Of a DNA stretch of 64,000 bases, positions 53,267 to 64,000 are shown in pieces. The notes under the pieces are model-generated. The model ran no database searches, had not been told where the DNA came from, and worked only from the letters and a program-made list of their open reading frames with translations. A program made the position numbers and the translations under genes. The stretch lies in assembly GCA_964016885.1 (NCBI GenBank), contig OZ024741.1, positions 46,748,001-46,812,000 on the forward strand, given 5' to 3'. The stretch comes from Eledone cirrhosa. Its lineage: Eukaryota. Positions within the stretch are counted from its first letter, which is position 1. Each line of letters starts with the position of its first letter.

Positions 53267-56200
53267 AAATAAACTAAGTCCAGATGCATCACTGCTTTTT
53301 GTTTTCTTGATAATATCTACACTCTACTCTGATGAATATCGAGTGCTAATTTTGTCATACCGCCTACGGAAGAACCATAGCTACCACTATACACAAATAT
53401 ATACTACGCTCCTCCACTAGTAGAGCGCTTACAGTGATTCGCCATGGAAAAATTCAACTACTCTTCTTCCATGAAAGACATACCGATCCAGTCAGATAAC
53501 ACGTACATGAGCCTGCTGTTATACCACACCAACTTGTTCACCAGACGCATGAGGTGGCGCACATTTCACCACGACAGGCAGACACAAGAACAAGCGCCAG
53601 AGAACCCCTCAGGACCGCCTAAAGTGGATTTTTAGATCGAGAAGACACCCACCACACAATGCACAACTGGAGGAATTTGAAAACCGTATGGTCAACATAG
53701 TTCGTAACATCAAGTTCCATAGGAATACTGCGCGACGGACAAAATATCTCAAGAGTCTCGGATCCACCATCAAAAGCATGGAAAAATGCAAGGATTTACT
53801 CGTACCCTCGGACAAGACCGGTAATGTATACATGTTTGACCGTTTTAAATATAATGAATGCCTCGGGAAGGAGATTAGGAAAAACTATAGGACCACTGGA
53901 CAGACAAAGTTAGATAGTATTAACGCCACGGCAAAAAGTATACTGACGGGGCTAGGACTAGAGGATAGGACCGAGGTATATGTACCTAGAAGACCACGTA
54001 TATCTATTAAGGACCACAAATTAGACTTTAAAACTAAACTACCGGTTAGGTTAATAGCACCCTCCAAATCCGACCTAGGAAAGACCAGTAAGAATATTAT
54101 AGATAAGATAATACCGGTACATAGAAACAAAACTAAGCTTAGCCTATGAACTTCCACTAAGGAGGTAATTGACTGGTTCTCAGCAATAGATGACAAACAC
54201 CAAGTAAATTTTATCCAGTTAGACATAGATAGCTATTACACAACGGTATCTCCGATACTAGTTAATAAGGCCCTAATAAGAGCCATGGCCAGATCTAACC
54301 TCACTAGAGACGAGACCAACCTAATAGTAGCAGCCAGAAAGATGCTAATTAGTTTCGAAGACAAGTTATGGGAGAGGAGGGACAGACTCGACAATTTCGA
54401 TATCACCATGGGGTCAAGTGAGTCGGCACAGGTGACCGACCTGGTGGGGATATATCTCATCCATAGGCTGACGGAGGAGATCCCAGGGATCGGAGGTGGA
54501 ATATACAGAGACGACGCACTTTTCACCTTCCGTTTCCTTAACCCCAGTCAGATGGAGCGCATATCGCATTTCTTTAAACAGTACGGCTTATCCCTGACTA
54601 TTAACACTAGCACTAAGACGGTCAATTTCCTGGACGTTGCCTTGGAAATGAATACGGGCATCCACAGACCGTACCATAAGCCCAACGAAAACCTGCAAAA
54701 TGTGAACAGGCAATCAAATCACCCTAAGTCAGTCATAGGAGCCATAGTTAAAGGGGTGTCAAAACGCGTATCCACCCTATCGTCAAACGCAGAAGTGTTT
54801 AAACAGCACGCCGAATATTATAATGAGGCACTGCGCAGGGCCGGTTACAAAGACACCATAGTATATACCCCAGATAGAGTAGAGCCTAACGATATGGCGT
54901 GCAGAAATGACAATAGTGGGGGCGCCTCTTTAGGTAGAAGAATTGATCCGGTAGCAGTAGCCAGGAACACAAATAACAACAATACTAACTTTAATGACAC
55001 AGGACCGACCAGAGATAGGACTAAGGCACCCATGGGAGCCAGACCACCCGGTGTGCGGAGGCATAGGCATGGCACGTACACTGCATACTCAGTGGAAACT
55101 GGGACCTTGGACAGAACTTCGACAAATAAAAACGGGGCACATGCCACGGAGCACGACCAGCCTAGTTCTAGTGCCACAGCACTGACAATAGCATCACATA
55201 GACCTGAGGGGAATAGACGTATAGATGACCACATAGAACAACGTATATTTACAACGGTAGAATATAACCACGACGAACGTAGCAGGCTAATAGACAGGGG
55301 CAACACACGAGACGAAATTGAGGTCGGGCCGAGCACCTGGGTCGGCAACGAGCCCTAGACACAACAACATGAATCCACGCACATGAAGGAAGAGATCTAA
55401 GGCCGTTACCTGGTTCAATGCGCTATACTCTAAACATGTACGCACCAACGTGCCAGGAATTTTCTTCCGAGCGCTGGATGAGTGCTTTCCGACCACAAAA
55501 TCTTCAACCGCCACACGGTGAAATTTTCCTTCTCCGCGGCACCGAATATGGCCGACTGCATGGCTAGAACTAACACGGTGAAGATGGCGCACACTGGTCG
55601 TCAACCGCGCTGACAGAGTGACCATGTTTTGGAGCGCAGAGAACCACCTAGGGACCTGCCTTCAAATGACAACCCGGTCCCCGAGGCGACCAGAGCGCCT
55701 GTCGAGGGCAATATGGTCCAACACTGAGAGGGAAATAGTGGCATGGGGGGGGGGGGACAAGTGTGGCGACAGTGCAGGACAATGAGAACCTTGAGAGGGC
55801 CATTACAGATCAGGGCCCGGACATCGGATGCACAAGAATTGACAGCAGAACTTGCAACTGTAGAGCGAGCACCCAGTGCCCCCTACAGGGAAAATGCTTA
55901 ATGAAGGACCTAGTATACAAGTGTGTGGTTACGACCCAGAATGTGCATCGAACCTACATAGGGGCAACATCCACGACCTTTAAATCGGGGATGTATAATC
56001 ACACGAATTCCTTCAGGGACCGTAGCAAAAGGCACACCACTAGGTTAGCGGACCTCATTTAGGACATGAAAGACCACGGCACCCCATACGCCCTGGAATG
56101 GAGTATCGTTCACCATAAGCGTGCATATTCGGCCGGAAGTAGAAAGTGCCAACTGTGCCTACACGAGGCCATGGAGATAGTCAGACTGAAGGATGGCGCC

Positions 56201-56929
56201 GTCAACCTGAAGTCTGAAATTTTCATGACATGCAGACACCAAAGATGCACTTTTGCAGCATGGAATCCGCCGGGTGACGCAGCCAGGGGGCACGAGAATG
56301 AGAACGTACAGACCCGATTGGTCTAGCGGGATTAGGGGACCTGACGACATACCATGATGACGACGTCCGACCTGCGGGGCAATCATATGTAGACCGGGTG
56401 CGCACGTGACCGGGCACGCAACATTGGAAGATGCACTGCATGGGCCGGGACCGGCTGACACGGGGCCCACTGCCGCTCGGACCTGTGCACTAAACATTTA
56501 GAACAGCACACCCCAGACACGGTGCCATGCCCCATGGCGACTGTGGCGGGCGTCACATTGAATGTGTACACCGTCAATCGTGACTGTATACTCTACACCT
56601 ACTCCACTTTGGAAAAGTGATTGTTAATATTGTTATATCATTGTTTTGTTACTGTTACCTGTTGTATACACGGACACGAGCCTGCATCTCATAATGCCTG
56701 TGTGTAGTACGTCACATGGACACACGCACCTTCTCATATACTCCCCCCCCCCCGTTTCTTTTTTTCGCTATTATTTTACCCGTTCCTTTATTTTACCCCT
56801 TATTTTCCTGCACCTTTATGCGGTTACATACAGATTTAATGTACCCTATAATTTTGTAAATTTATTTACATATTTTATTTTATTATCATATTGTGTTTAT
56901 GTTCACGAGTTCTTTTTATGTGTGGACAC

Positions 56930-57126
56930 GTGTGTGGGTATATGTGCGTGTGTGTAGATGAGTATGCGTGGGTGGGTATTAGGATGTGCGTATGGGCATG
57001 GGTGTGTGGGCGCACGAGCTTATGCGCGCATGTATGTGCAGACATGTGCACATATATATACATATGTGGCAGAATGTGGGTGTATGTGTGTGTATACGTG
57101 TGTCTATATATGAGCATATATGTGTA

Positions 57127-57161
<35 letters not shown>

Positions 57162-58049
57162 CTATATGTGTATGAATGAGTAAGTACGTATAGCCACATA
57201 TGAGGTGTGTGTGTGTGAGGGCGGGTAAGTGTGTGTATATATATGTGGATGTGTATGGGTGTATATATGTCGTTGTGTGTGTGGGTGATGGTGCATTTAT
57301 TCACGGGCCTCTATATGTGTGTATATGTATTTGTGCATACATGTATGTGTTTATGTGCATCTCTTGGGAATGTGTGCGGATGTTTATATATGAACTATAT
57401 ATGTTTTTTTCATTATTATTATTATTCATGTTGTATTATTTTATCACATACCCTCTATACATACCCGTATATATGCGTATATGTACGTATGAGTCTGTGT
57501 ACGTGTGTGTATATATGTATACGTAGGTGCGTATGTGTATGTGTGTGTGTATATATGTATAATAGGGGGATACATGTGTGTGTGTGTATATATATACCAT
57601 ATCGTATATTATATTTCATTGTATATTTTTCTTTAGTTATTATACAGTTTTATGTTGTTATACTGTTTTTTATTGCATAATGTATTTTCACTTACATGTG
57701 TGTTTATATATGTACATGTATATGTAGTGGCACTTCCGTGTGGGTAGGCAGGTGTGCATGTGTATACATGCGGAAGCATGTATGCGCACGCATGTGTAGA
57801 TGTATGTAGTTCGGCCTATGCGTGGGTATTTCTATGTATATGTGTGGATATGCGTATGCGTGTTAAGTTGTCCTTTTTTCTTTTTCTTTTGTGTGTATAT
57901 ATCTATATATACTTATATATAAAATATATATATATATGTGTGTGTGTGTGTGTAGGTGCGTGTGTAGGCAATGTTTATGTACGTATGTGTTCATATTTCC
58001 GTGGACATGTGTGAGTTTACGTTTGTGTATATATGTGTGTATGTATGTA

Positions 58050-58113
<64 letters not shown>

Positions 58114-58620
58114 TATATATATATATATATATATACATATAGTTATGTAATGAACAACATAGGATAGTTGTTTAATTTACCAGTGGTTTCTTGAAAGCAA
58201 ACGATATTTACTTTCATTCATCAGAATGAAAAAATCCTAGGTGTGTATGTATATCTGTGTATGCACATGTGCGTATGTGAATGTATGTGTGTATGTATAT
58301 ATGCGTGTGTGTGTGTATATATATATATATAGAGATATATATATATTTAAATGTATAGAAGGTTGGCCGTATGTGTGCATGTGCGCATATGTATGTATAT
58401 ATGTTTACGTTTGAATATGACATGCTTACCTAATTGATACAGAACAGTCAGAAGGCTCCTGGCGGCCTGTATCAACAAATGTGTGTGACTGGGCCCATGG
58501 GAGAGAGGGTGTGTGAGTATATATACTGCGATGTATGTATGTGGCTGTGTGGGTGTCTGAGCATGTAGACGTACGAGTATGAATGCATAGATAGGTGTAT
58601 GTCTGAGTATATATATGTGT
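56930..58620. repeat. Degenerate GT/AT-rich simple sequence
   Basis: Direct reading. Confidence 0.9.
58171..58231 (-). ncRNA. Type I hammerhead on the minus strand
   Basis: Minus strand: TTTCATT-CTGATGA-A-TGAAAGTAAAT(ATC)GTTTGCTTTCA-A-GAAA-CC(ACT)GG-TA-AATTAAA. Confidence 0.75.
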
Positions 58621-58873
58621 GTTTTACTATGTGTTTATTCTAGTATGTGTGGGTGCTTACTCTGAAGTGTGAGCAGACGTGTGAAGTACTGAACCCAGCA
58701 TGACTCCATTGAAATATGTCGGACGGATAATAGTTGATGAAGATACTGACCAGAACTTGTGATGACGTGGAGTAAAAACAGCCAATGGCATGACAAGAGT
58801 GGAAAGAAGGTTTTTTGAGGGGTTGTTTTGATGACAACACCCCAGTGATAAAATTTGCTCCGGACATAACAGA

Positions 58874-58964
58874 CGTGTCTGAAAGAACCCGCAGAAGTAG
58901 AATCAGCCAGATCCATGCAAGGACCATGACTCGAGCTACATGCCGGCGAAACATTTGTAACACG
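58874..58964 (+). ncRNA. Hammerhead variant in the 3' pseudo-LTR
   Basis: Copy of 53176-53266. Confidence 0.7.
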
Positions 58965-59037
58965 AAATAAACTAAGTCCAGATGCATCACTGATTTTCCG
59001 TTTTCTTGATAATATAAATATAAATATACACATATAT

Positions 59038-59428
59038 CATCATCAACATCATTTCATATTACGTCCGCTTTTTCCCTGCTTGCAAGGGTGGGACGGGAAC
59101 TGATTCTGGCTTGATTTCTACAGCTGGATGCCCTTCCTAACACCAACCTCATTTACAGTGAGTGCTGGGTGCTTTTTTGCCGTTGCGCCTACACGTCCAC
59201 TTTACAGTGTGGGCTGGGTGCTTTTTTGCAGTGGCACCTCCACGACTACTTTGCAGTGGAATGATAGGGACCCTAGTCCTATCATCTCATTTCTACGGCT
59301 GAGTAAACCTGAGCAATGTGAAATAAAGTGTCTTGCTCAAGGACACAACACATCACCCGATCTGAGAATTGAACTCACAACCTTTCGATTGTAAGGCCAA
59401 TGTTCTAACCACTAAGCCACGTGCCTCC
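59038..59428 (-). mobile_element. CORE-like tRNA SINE with RTE tail, same family as 23630
   Basis: Reverse complement aligns with 23630-23987. Confidence 0.88.
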
Positions 59429-59505
59429 ATATATATATATACATATATACACACATATATATATATATACACATATATATATATATACACACATATATAT
59501 ATATA

Positions 59506-60645
59506 TCTATATATATAAATCTGAGGATGTGTGTGTTAAGGTTTGTAACGGATTAACGTCCACAATTTCCAACGGATTCTATTCAAAGTCGGGACAATTA
59601 TTGCTTTTGGTCAGGAAAAGGCCATGAAGCAAGAAAATTTCAAATCCATCAACAATAAGGGCAAAAATTGATCATGATCATTCCCTCTCTCTATAATTCA
59701 ACTGCTTTACTTTCTCTGTCGCTCTTCACTCCCTATATGACAACACTGCAGTGGAGCGTTCCGTATTGACATACGGCTTATCTCGGGCATTTTCAATCGG
59801 TTTATTGCAAATAACAACCCGCAAAATAACACTTCATATAACAGATTAATGCTATAGACATATGAATCGGAATGTTTAAATTATTTATTTTTTAAGACTT
59901 TAATTGGTTAAATATTAATATGACAACACCCATAGCGTTGTAGTTCTGGCAATTCTGCCGAATACACTGATTAGGTGACTGTGCGTTAATGTTTTTTTTC
60001 TTTTCATATAAAGTCAAATATTTCCATCCAAATACTACCAGTTGGTAGATAATTAGTCATACCTACCTCCAATTTTGTTTGAATATTGCATCTTCATTTA
60101 CTTTTTTTTCGTTGCCATTTCATCTTCCATTCAATTGTGTTTACCATTTAGCTTCGAATTTCATAAGGTTTTTGTTTAACATTTTCAGATATAATTCGTA
60201 ATTCGTTTACTGTCGCTGCTAGAGCCGAAGAATCACACAACGATCGCAGTATTAGGCTAGAAAAGAACAATCGGCGTAAAGAAACTGCCCGAGGCATAAA
60301 CATTATGATCCAACACTTAACCTCTCAATGCGGCCTGACATCCAAAATGGGAATATGAGTTAAACTTGCAAGTTCTGTAGTGCAAATAAGTGGGCTGGAG
60401 AACCACCTGGAATGTGCTGCTCCAATGGCAAGGTTAATTTACTCCCCCTAGAGGACTCACCGCAGCCTTTGAAATAACTTCTTACTGGCACAACTCCTAG
60501 GTCAAAAGATTTTCTTGAACTCATCAGAAAATACAATTGTGCCTTTCAGATGACCTCTTTCGGGGCACGTGTTGTCAGAGAAGGGTGGATGCCCACATTT
60601 AAAGTTCAGGGACAGATGTACCATCTAATTGGATCACTCCATCTA
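59506..60645 (+). mobile_element. Helitron 5' portion with a disrupted RepHel N-terminal region
   Basis: A|TCTATATATATAAA start; CKFCSA.KW.GEPPGMCCSNGKV, FL..IRKYNCAFQMTSFG, FKVQGQMYH. Confidence 0.85.
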
Positions 60646-62760
60646 AATGGCAATAAGGGCTCTGGATCAGCATCATGTGAAAGGGTCTGGCCCGGCAGGT
60701 GTCCCAGAGCGCCGCAGTCTGGGCCCGGTCGTCATCAGTCTACAGTGTGCAAACCACTCAATTTTGGGTGCTGGAATGTGCGTACTTTGCTTGATATTGA
60801 AACAAATGTACAGCGACCTGAAAGAAGATCGACATTGGTTGCCAAGGAGCTCAGGCGTTATGATATGGATGTTGTGGCCCTCTCAGAAACTCAACTTCAT
60901 GGTGAGGGCCATTTCACAGAGAAATCCAGTGGATGTACGTTTTTCTGGAGGGGAAGGAAGGAGGGAGGAGGGAAGCTGGTGTCGCTTTTGCCATAATAAC
61001 AGTTATAGCAGACCATCTTCAGGAGCTGCTGACCGGCGTTAGTGACAGACTGATCACTGTGAGAGTTCCTCTAGAGGGTGGAAGATATGCAACCGTGATT
61101 GGTGCTTATGCACCAACTATGGAATGCATTGATGAAGCAAAGCAGGCTTTTTATGACAAATTAAAGTCTCATGTCTGGAAAGTGTCTGCAGCAGACAAAA
61201 TTTTCATTCTTGGAGATTTTAATGCTCGCGTGGGCCATGATTGTGAGACCTGGAGAGCTCTGGGCAAGCATGGGGTCGGAAAGTGCAATGGCAATGGACT
61301 CTTGTTATTGCAAATGTGCACTGAGCTGGACTTGTTCATTGGCAACACTATGTTCCAACAGAAGGACAAATACAAGATGATATGGATGCATCCTGGATCG
61401 AAACAGTGGCACCTGTTTGATTATGTCCTTGTGAGGCGGTGGGATTTACAGGATCTGTGCAGTGTTAGTGTGATGCGTGGCGCAGAGTGTTGGACCGACC
61501 ATTGTCTGGTGAGAGCAAGCGCAAGATGTGTAGTTCGTAATAGGGAGAAACAGCGAGGGGTATCACTTCCGAAATGGCTGAACGTTGCCCGTCTGAAGGA
61601 TCCTGAAGTCAGAGAAAATCTGGTTAAAAAGATGGATGCGTTAGAGTGCGGAAATGACTGGACTTCCTTTAAGGAGGCAGTTTATGGGGCATGTGCTGAT
61701 GTTGGATTCATGGATAAGAAGCATCAGGATTGGTTTGACCAAAATGACAAGCTTATAGACAAGCTTTTGGAGGAGAAATATATGCTCCACTCCGCATTGC
61801 TTGGTAGTGATTTTAGCACCGATCGGTAGAAGGCAATCGCTGATAAGCTGAAGCTCGTAAAAGCTGATGTGCAACGAAAATTGCGTGAAATGAAGAATAA
61901 GTGGTGGAATGACAAAGCCGATGAAATACAACTTGCGTCGGATGTGAAGGACATTAAGGCAATGTATAATCTTCTTCGTGAAGTGTATGGACCACCTACA
62001 TCACCAGTTGCGCTTCTTAGGACAAAGGATGGCAATCAACTCCTTAGAGATCCCAATGATATCCTGTTGAGATGGCGGGAACACTTTGACGAGCTTCTCA
62101 ATAGGGATTCAGAGGTTGACGAAGAGCTTATCAAATCCATACCTGATAAGCCAGTAAAGGAAATCCTTACTGAGTCTCCAACGATCGAGGAGGTTAAAAG
62201 TGCTGTCAGGAAACTCAATGGTGGGAAGTCGCCTGGATTGGATGGGCTGTATGCTGAGATCTTGAAGCACGGTGGAGAGAATCTCTTGCACCGACTTCAT
62301 TCTTTGGTTCTGGATGCCTGGAACAACAATCATGTTCCCGATGACTGGAAGGATGCTGTGATGGTTGTTTTGTACAAGGGAAAGGGAGACAGGGATAACT
62401 GCGGAAACTATCGTGGGATATCACTGTTGTCTGTTGTCGGCAAAGTTCTCTGTAGAATTCTGTTAGACTGTTTATTGCTCCACATTGCTGATGAAGCTCT
62501 ACCAGAGTCGCAATCAGGCTTTCGGGCAGGGCTTGGCACTGTGGACATGATCTTTACAGCCAGACAACTGCAGGAAAAGTGTGTTGAGCAGAATGTGCAT
62601 CTCTACCAGGTGTTTGTTGATCTGACAAAAGCATTTGACACGGTCAACAGAAAGGCTTTATGGGATATCTTGTGGAAGCTGGGGTTCCCTGAGAAGTTTG
62701 TTTCCATTTTGCGTTTGTTTCATGATGACATGAAGGCATGGGTAAATGTTGGTGGACAAA
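60646..62760 (+). mobile_element. RTE/BovB-like LINE (APE + partial RT), disrupted and 3'-truncated
   Basis: CWNVRTLLD..RPERR, ALSET, AYAPT, GDFNARVG, KSPGLDG, FVDLTKAFDTV. Confidence 0.92.
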
Positions 62761-62965
62761 AATTGTGTTCTCATCAGATAAAATAAGGTAACATGATATT
62801 TATATATACTCCAGTTCTACCAACTGTCGAGTGCTACTTATCTGATATATGCATAGTTTTATTGTTCTACAATATTACTCACCTCCTACATTAACCTGCT
62901 CCTTGATTGTTTGAGCGCTAACTCTTATATCGGATACTATTGATGGTCTCTACTTCTATTATAAC

Positions 62966-63785
62966 ATGGATTACTACAGCATCACAACTTCACTTAAAGA
63001 CATACCTATTCCAGGAAAAACTGAATACACAAAACTTTTGATAGAAAAAACAGACTCTTTCGTGTGGAGGCTTAGATGGATCGCATATTTCTATGACCAG
63101 TGCTTAAAAGGAAATTTTTATAGAAAGGAACATAATAACCTTAATTCATTATTTAACTCCAGAAGAAATCCTCTATTTAATAAAAACTTAGCATATTTTG
63201 AAAATGAATTAACTAAAATTATACGAGGTCTTAAATTCAAAAGAAACCCTTATCGAGGCCAGGGACACCTTATCAACCTTAAGAATAAAATTAATGACCT
63301 TAATTCTTCTAAAAACGTTTTAGTTCATTCAAAATAAATAATTTATACGGCATAAGTAAGGATAAATATAATAACCTTATCCTTAAAGAACTAAGAAAAA
63401 ATTATTGCAAAACCACCCACGATAATCTTGAGTCTATTAATTTCGAAGCATATGAGATTATTACCAAACTTGGTATTGGGAAAAAAAACAGAACCCTTCT
63501 TCCCAAGAATTCCGAGGATTAGTCTGAAAGATCACAAAACAAATTTTCGAACCGACTTGCCTGTAAGACTAATTGCCCCTTCTAAATCTGACCTGGGGGT
63601 TGTTAGTAAATCCATCTTGGCTAGAATTATCCCAAAGGTTTGCTCTAATTCTCAATTAAATTTATGGTCAGGTACTTCTGATGTGATAGACTGGTTCAAT
63701 GACCTGAATAATAAAAGCAAACTAAAATTTATTCAGTTAGACATTGCTAGCTATTACTCTTCTATTTCTCCTTCACTCCTTAACC
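62966..63785 (+). mobile_element. Naiad-type PLE N-terminal half, disrupted
   Basis: SLKDIPIP..RLRW, SLKDHK..PVRLIAPSKSDLG, LDIASYYSSI. Confidence 0.85.
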
Positions 63786-64000
63786 CAGCGTTTCTCAACC
63801 GGGGTTCCCCAGAACCCTAAGGTTCCGCGAGAACAAGTGAGATAAGCTAATGCACTTTTGACTTTTTAATTAATTTCATATACATAATATTACCAAACAT
63901 GCACAATATATTCTTGGTTATTGTAATATTGTAATATAGACATCATCCTATCTAACCTATTATGTTATTAAAAAATATAACAATTATTGGGAATATATTT
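63786..64000 (+). mobile_element. hAT/Charlie-like element end
   Basis: CAGCGTTTCTCAACCGGGGTTCC TIR-like start that interrupts the PLE ORF. Confidence 0.6.

Larger units (their letters stand above)
52918..59015 (+). mobile_element. Naiad-type PLE with both pseudo-LTRs (52918-53316, 58624-59015); disrupted ORF 53444-56326
   Basis: ~400-bp direct repeats; MKDIPI, PSDKTGN, GGIYRDDAL, CNCRASTQCPLQGKCL, YIGATS, CQLC. Confidence 0.88.

Noticed and set aside
52918-53316. 400-bp repeats as true LTRs or a DNA MITE
   Set aside because: No TG..CA, PBS or TSD; they contain a hammerhead, and the relative at 3385-3627 continues into the Naiad 5' UTR, so they are pseudo-LTRs

Overview
This is an AT-rich eukaryotic intergenic or intronic region made almost entirely of nested transposable elements and (TA)n/(TATACA)n microsatellites. 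The SINE types and repeat landscape suggest a cephalopod (octopus-like) genome, which is an inference. No host exon could be supported. Main contents: (1) a young, intact CsRn1-clade Gypsy LTR element (16392-22470) with a -1 gag-pol frameshift site, a tRNA-Trp PBS and non-canonical TG...AA ends, plus a related LTR+PBS insertion; (2) about a dozen Penelope-like element (PLE) segments, mostly Naiad-type, with a Neptune-like tandem array and a Poseidon-type copy; (3) RTE and Tx1/L1 LINEs and their SINE partners; (4) MULE, hATm, Helitron and MITE remnants. The most interesting signal is RNA-level. At least nine hammerhead-ribozyme-like motifs of several architectures can be folded by eye in PLE pseudo-LTRs, including long stem II forms, a CUGAAAGA core variant and an antisense ribozyme inside a sense element. 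GC-rich, pseudoknot-rich 3' UTR domains follow two Naiad ORFs, and a small hairpin recurs upstream of three divergent Naiad start codons. All folds are manual and untested.
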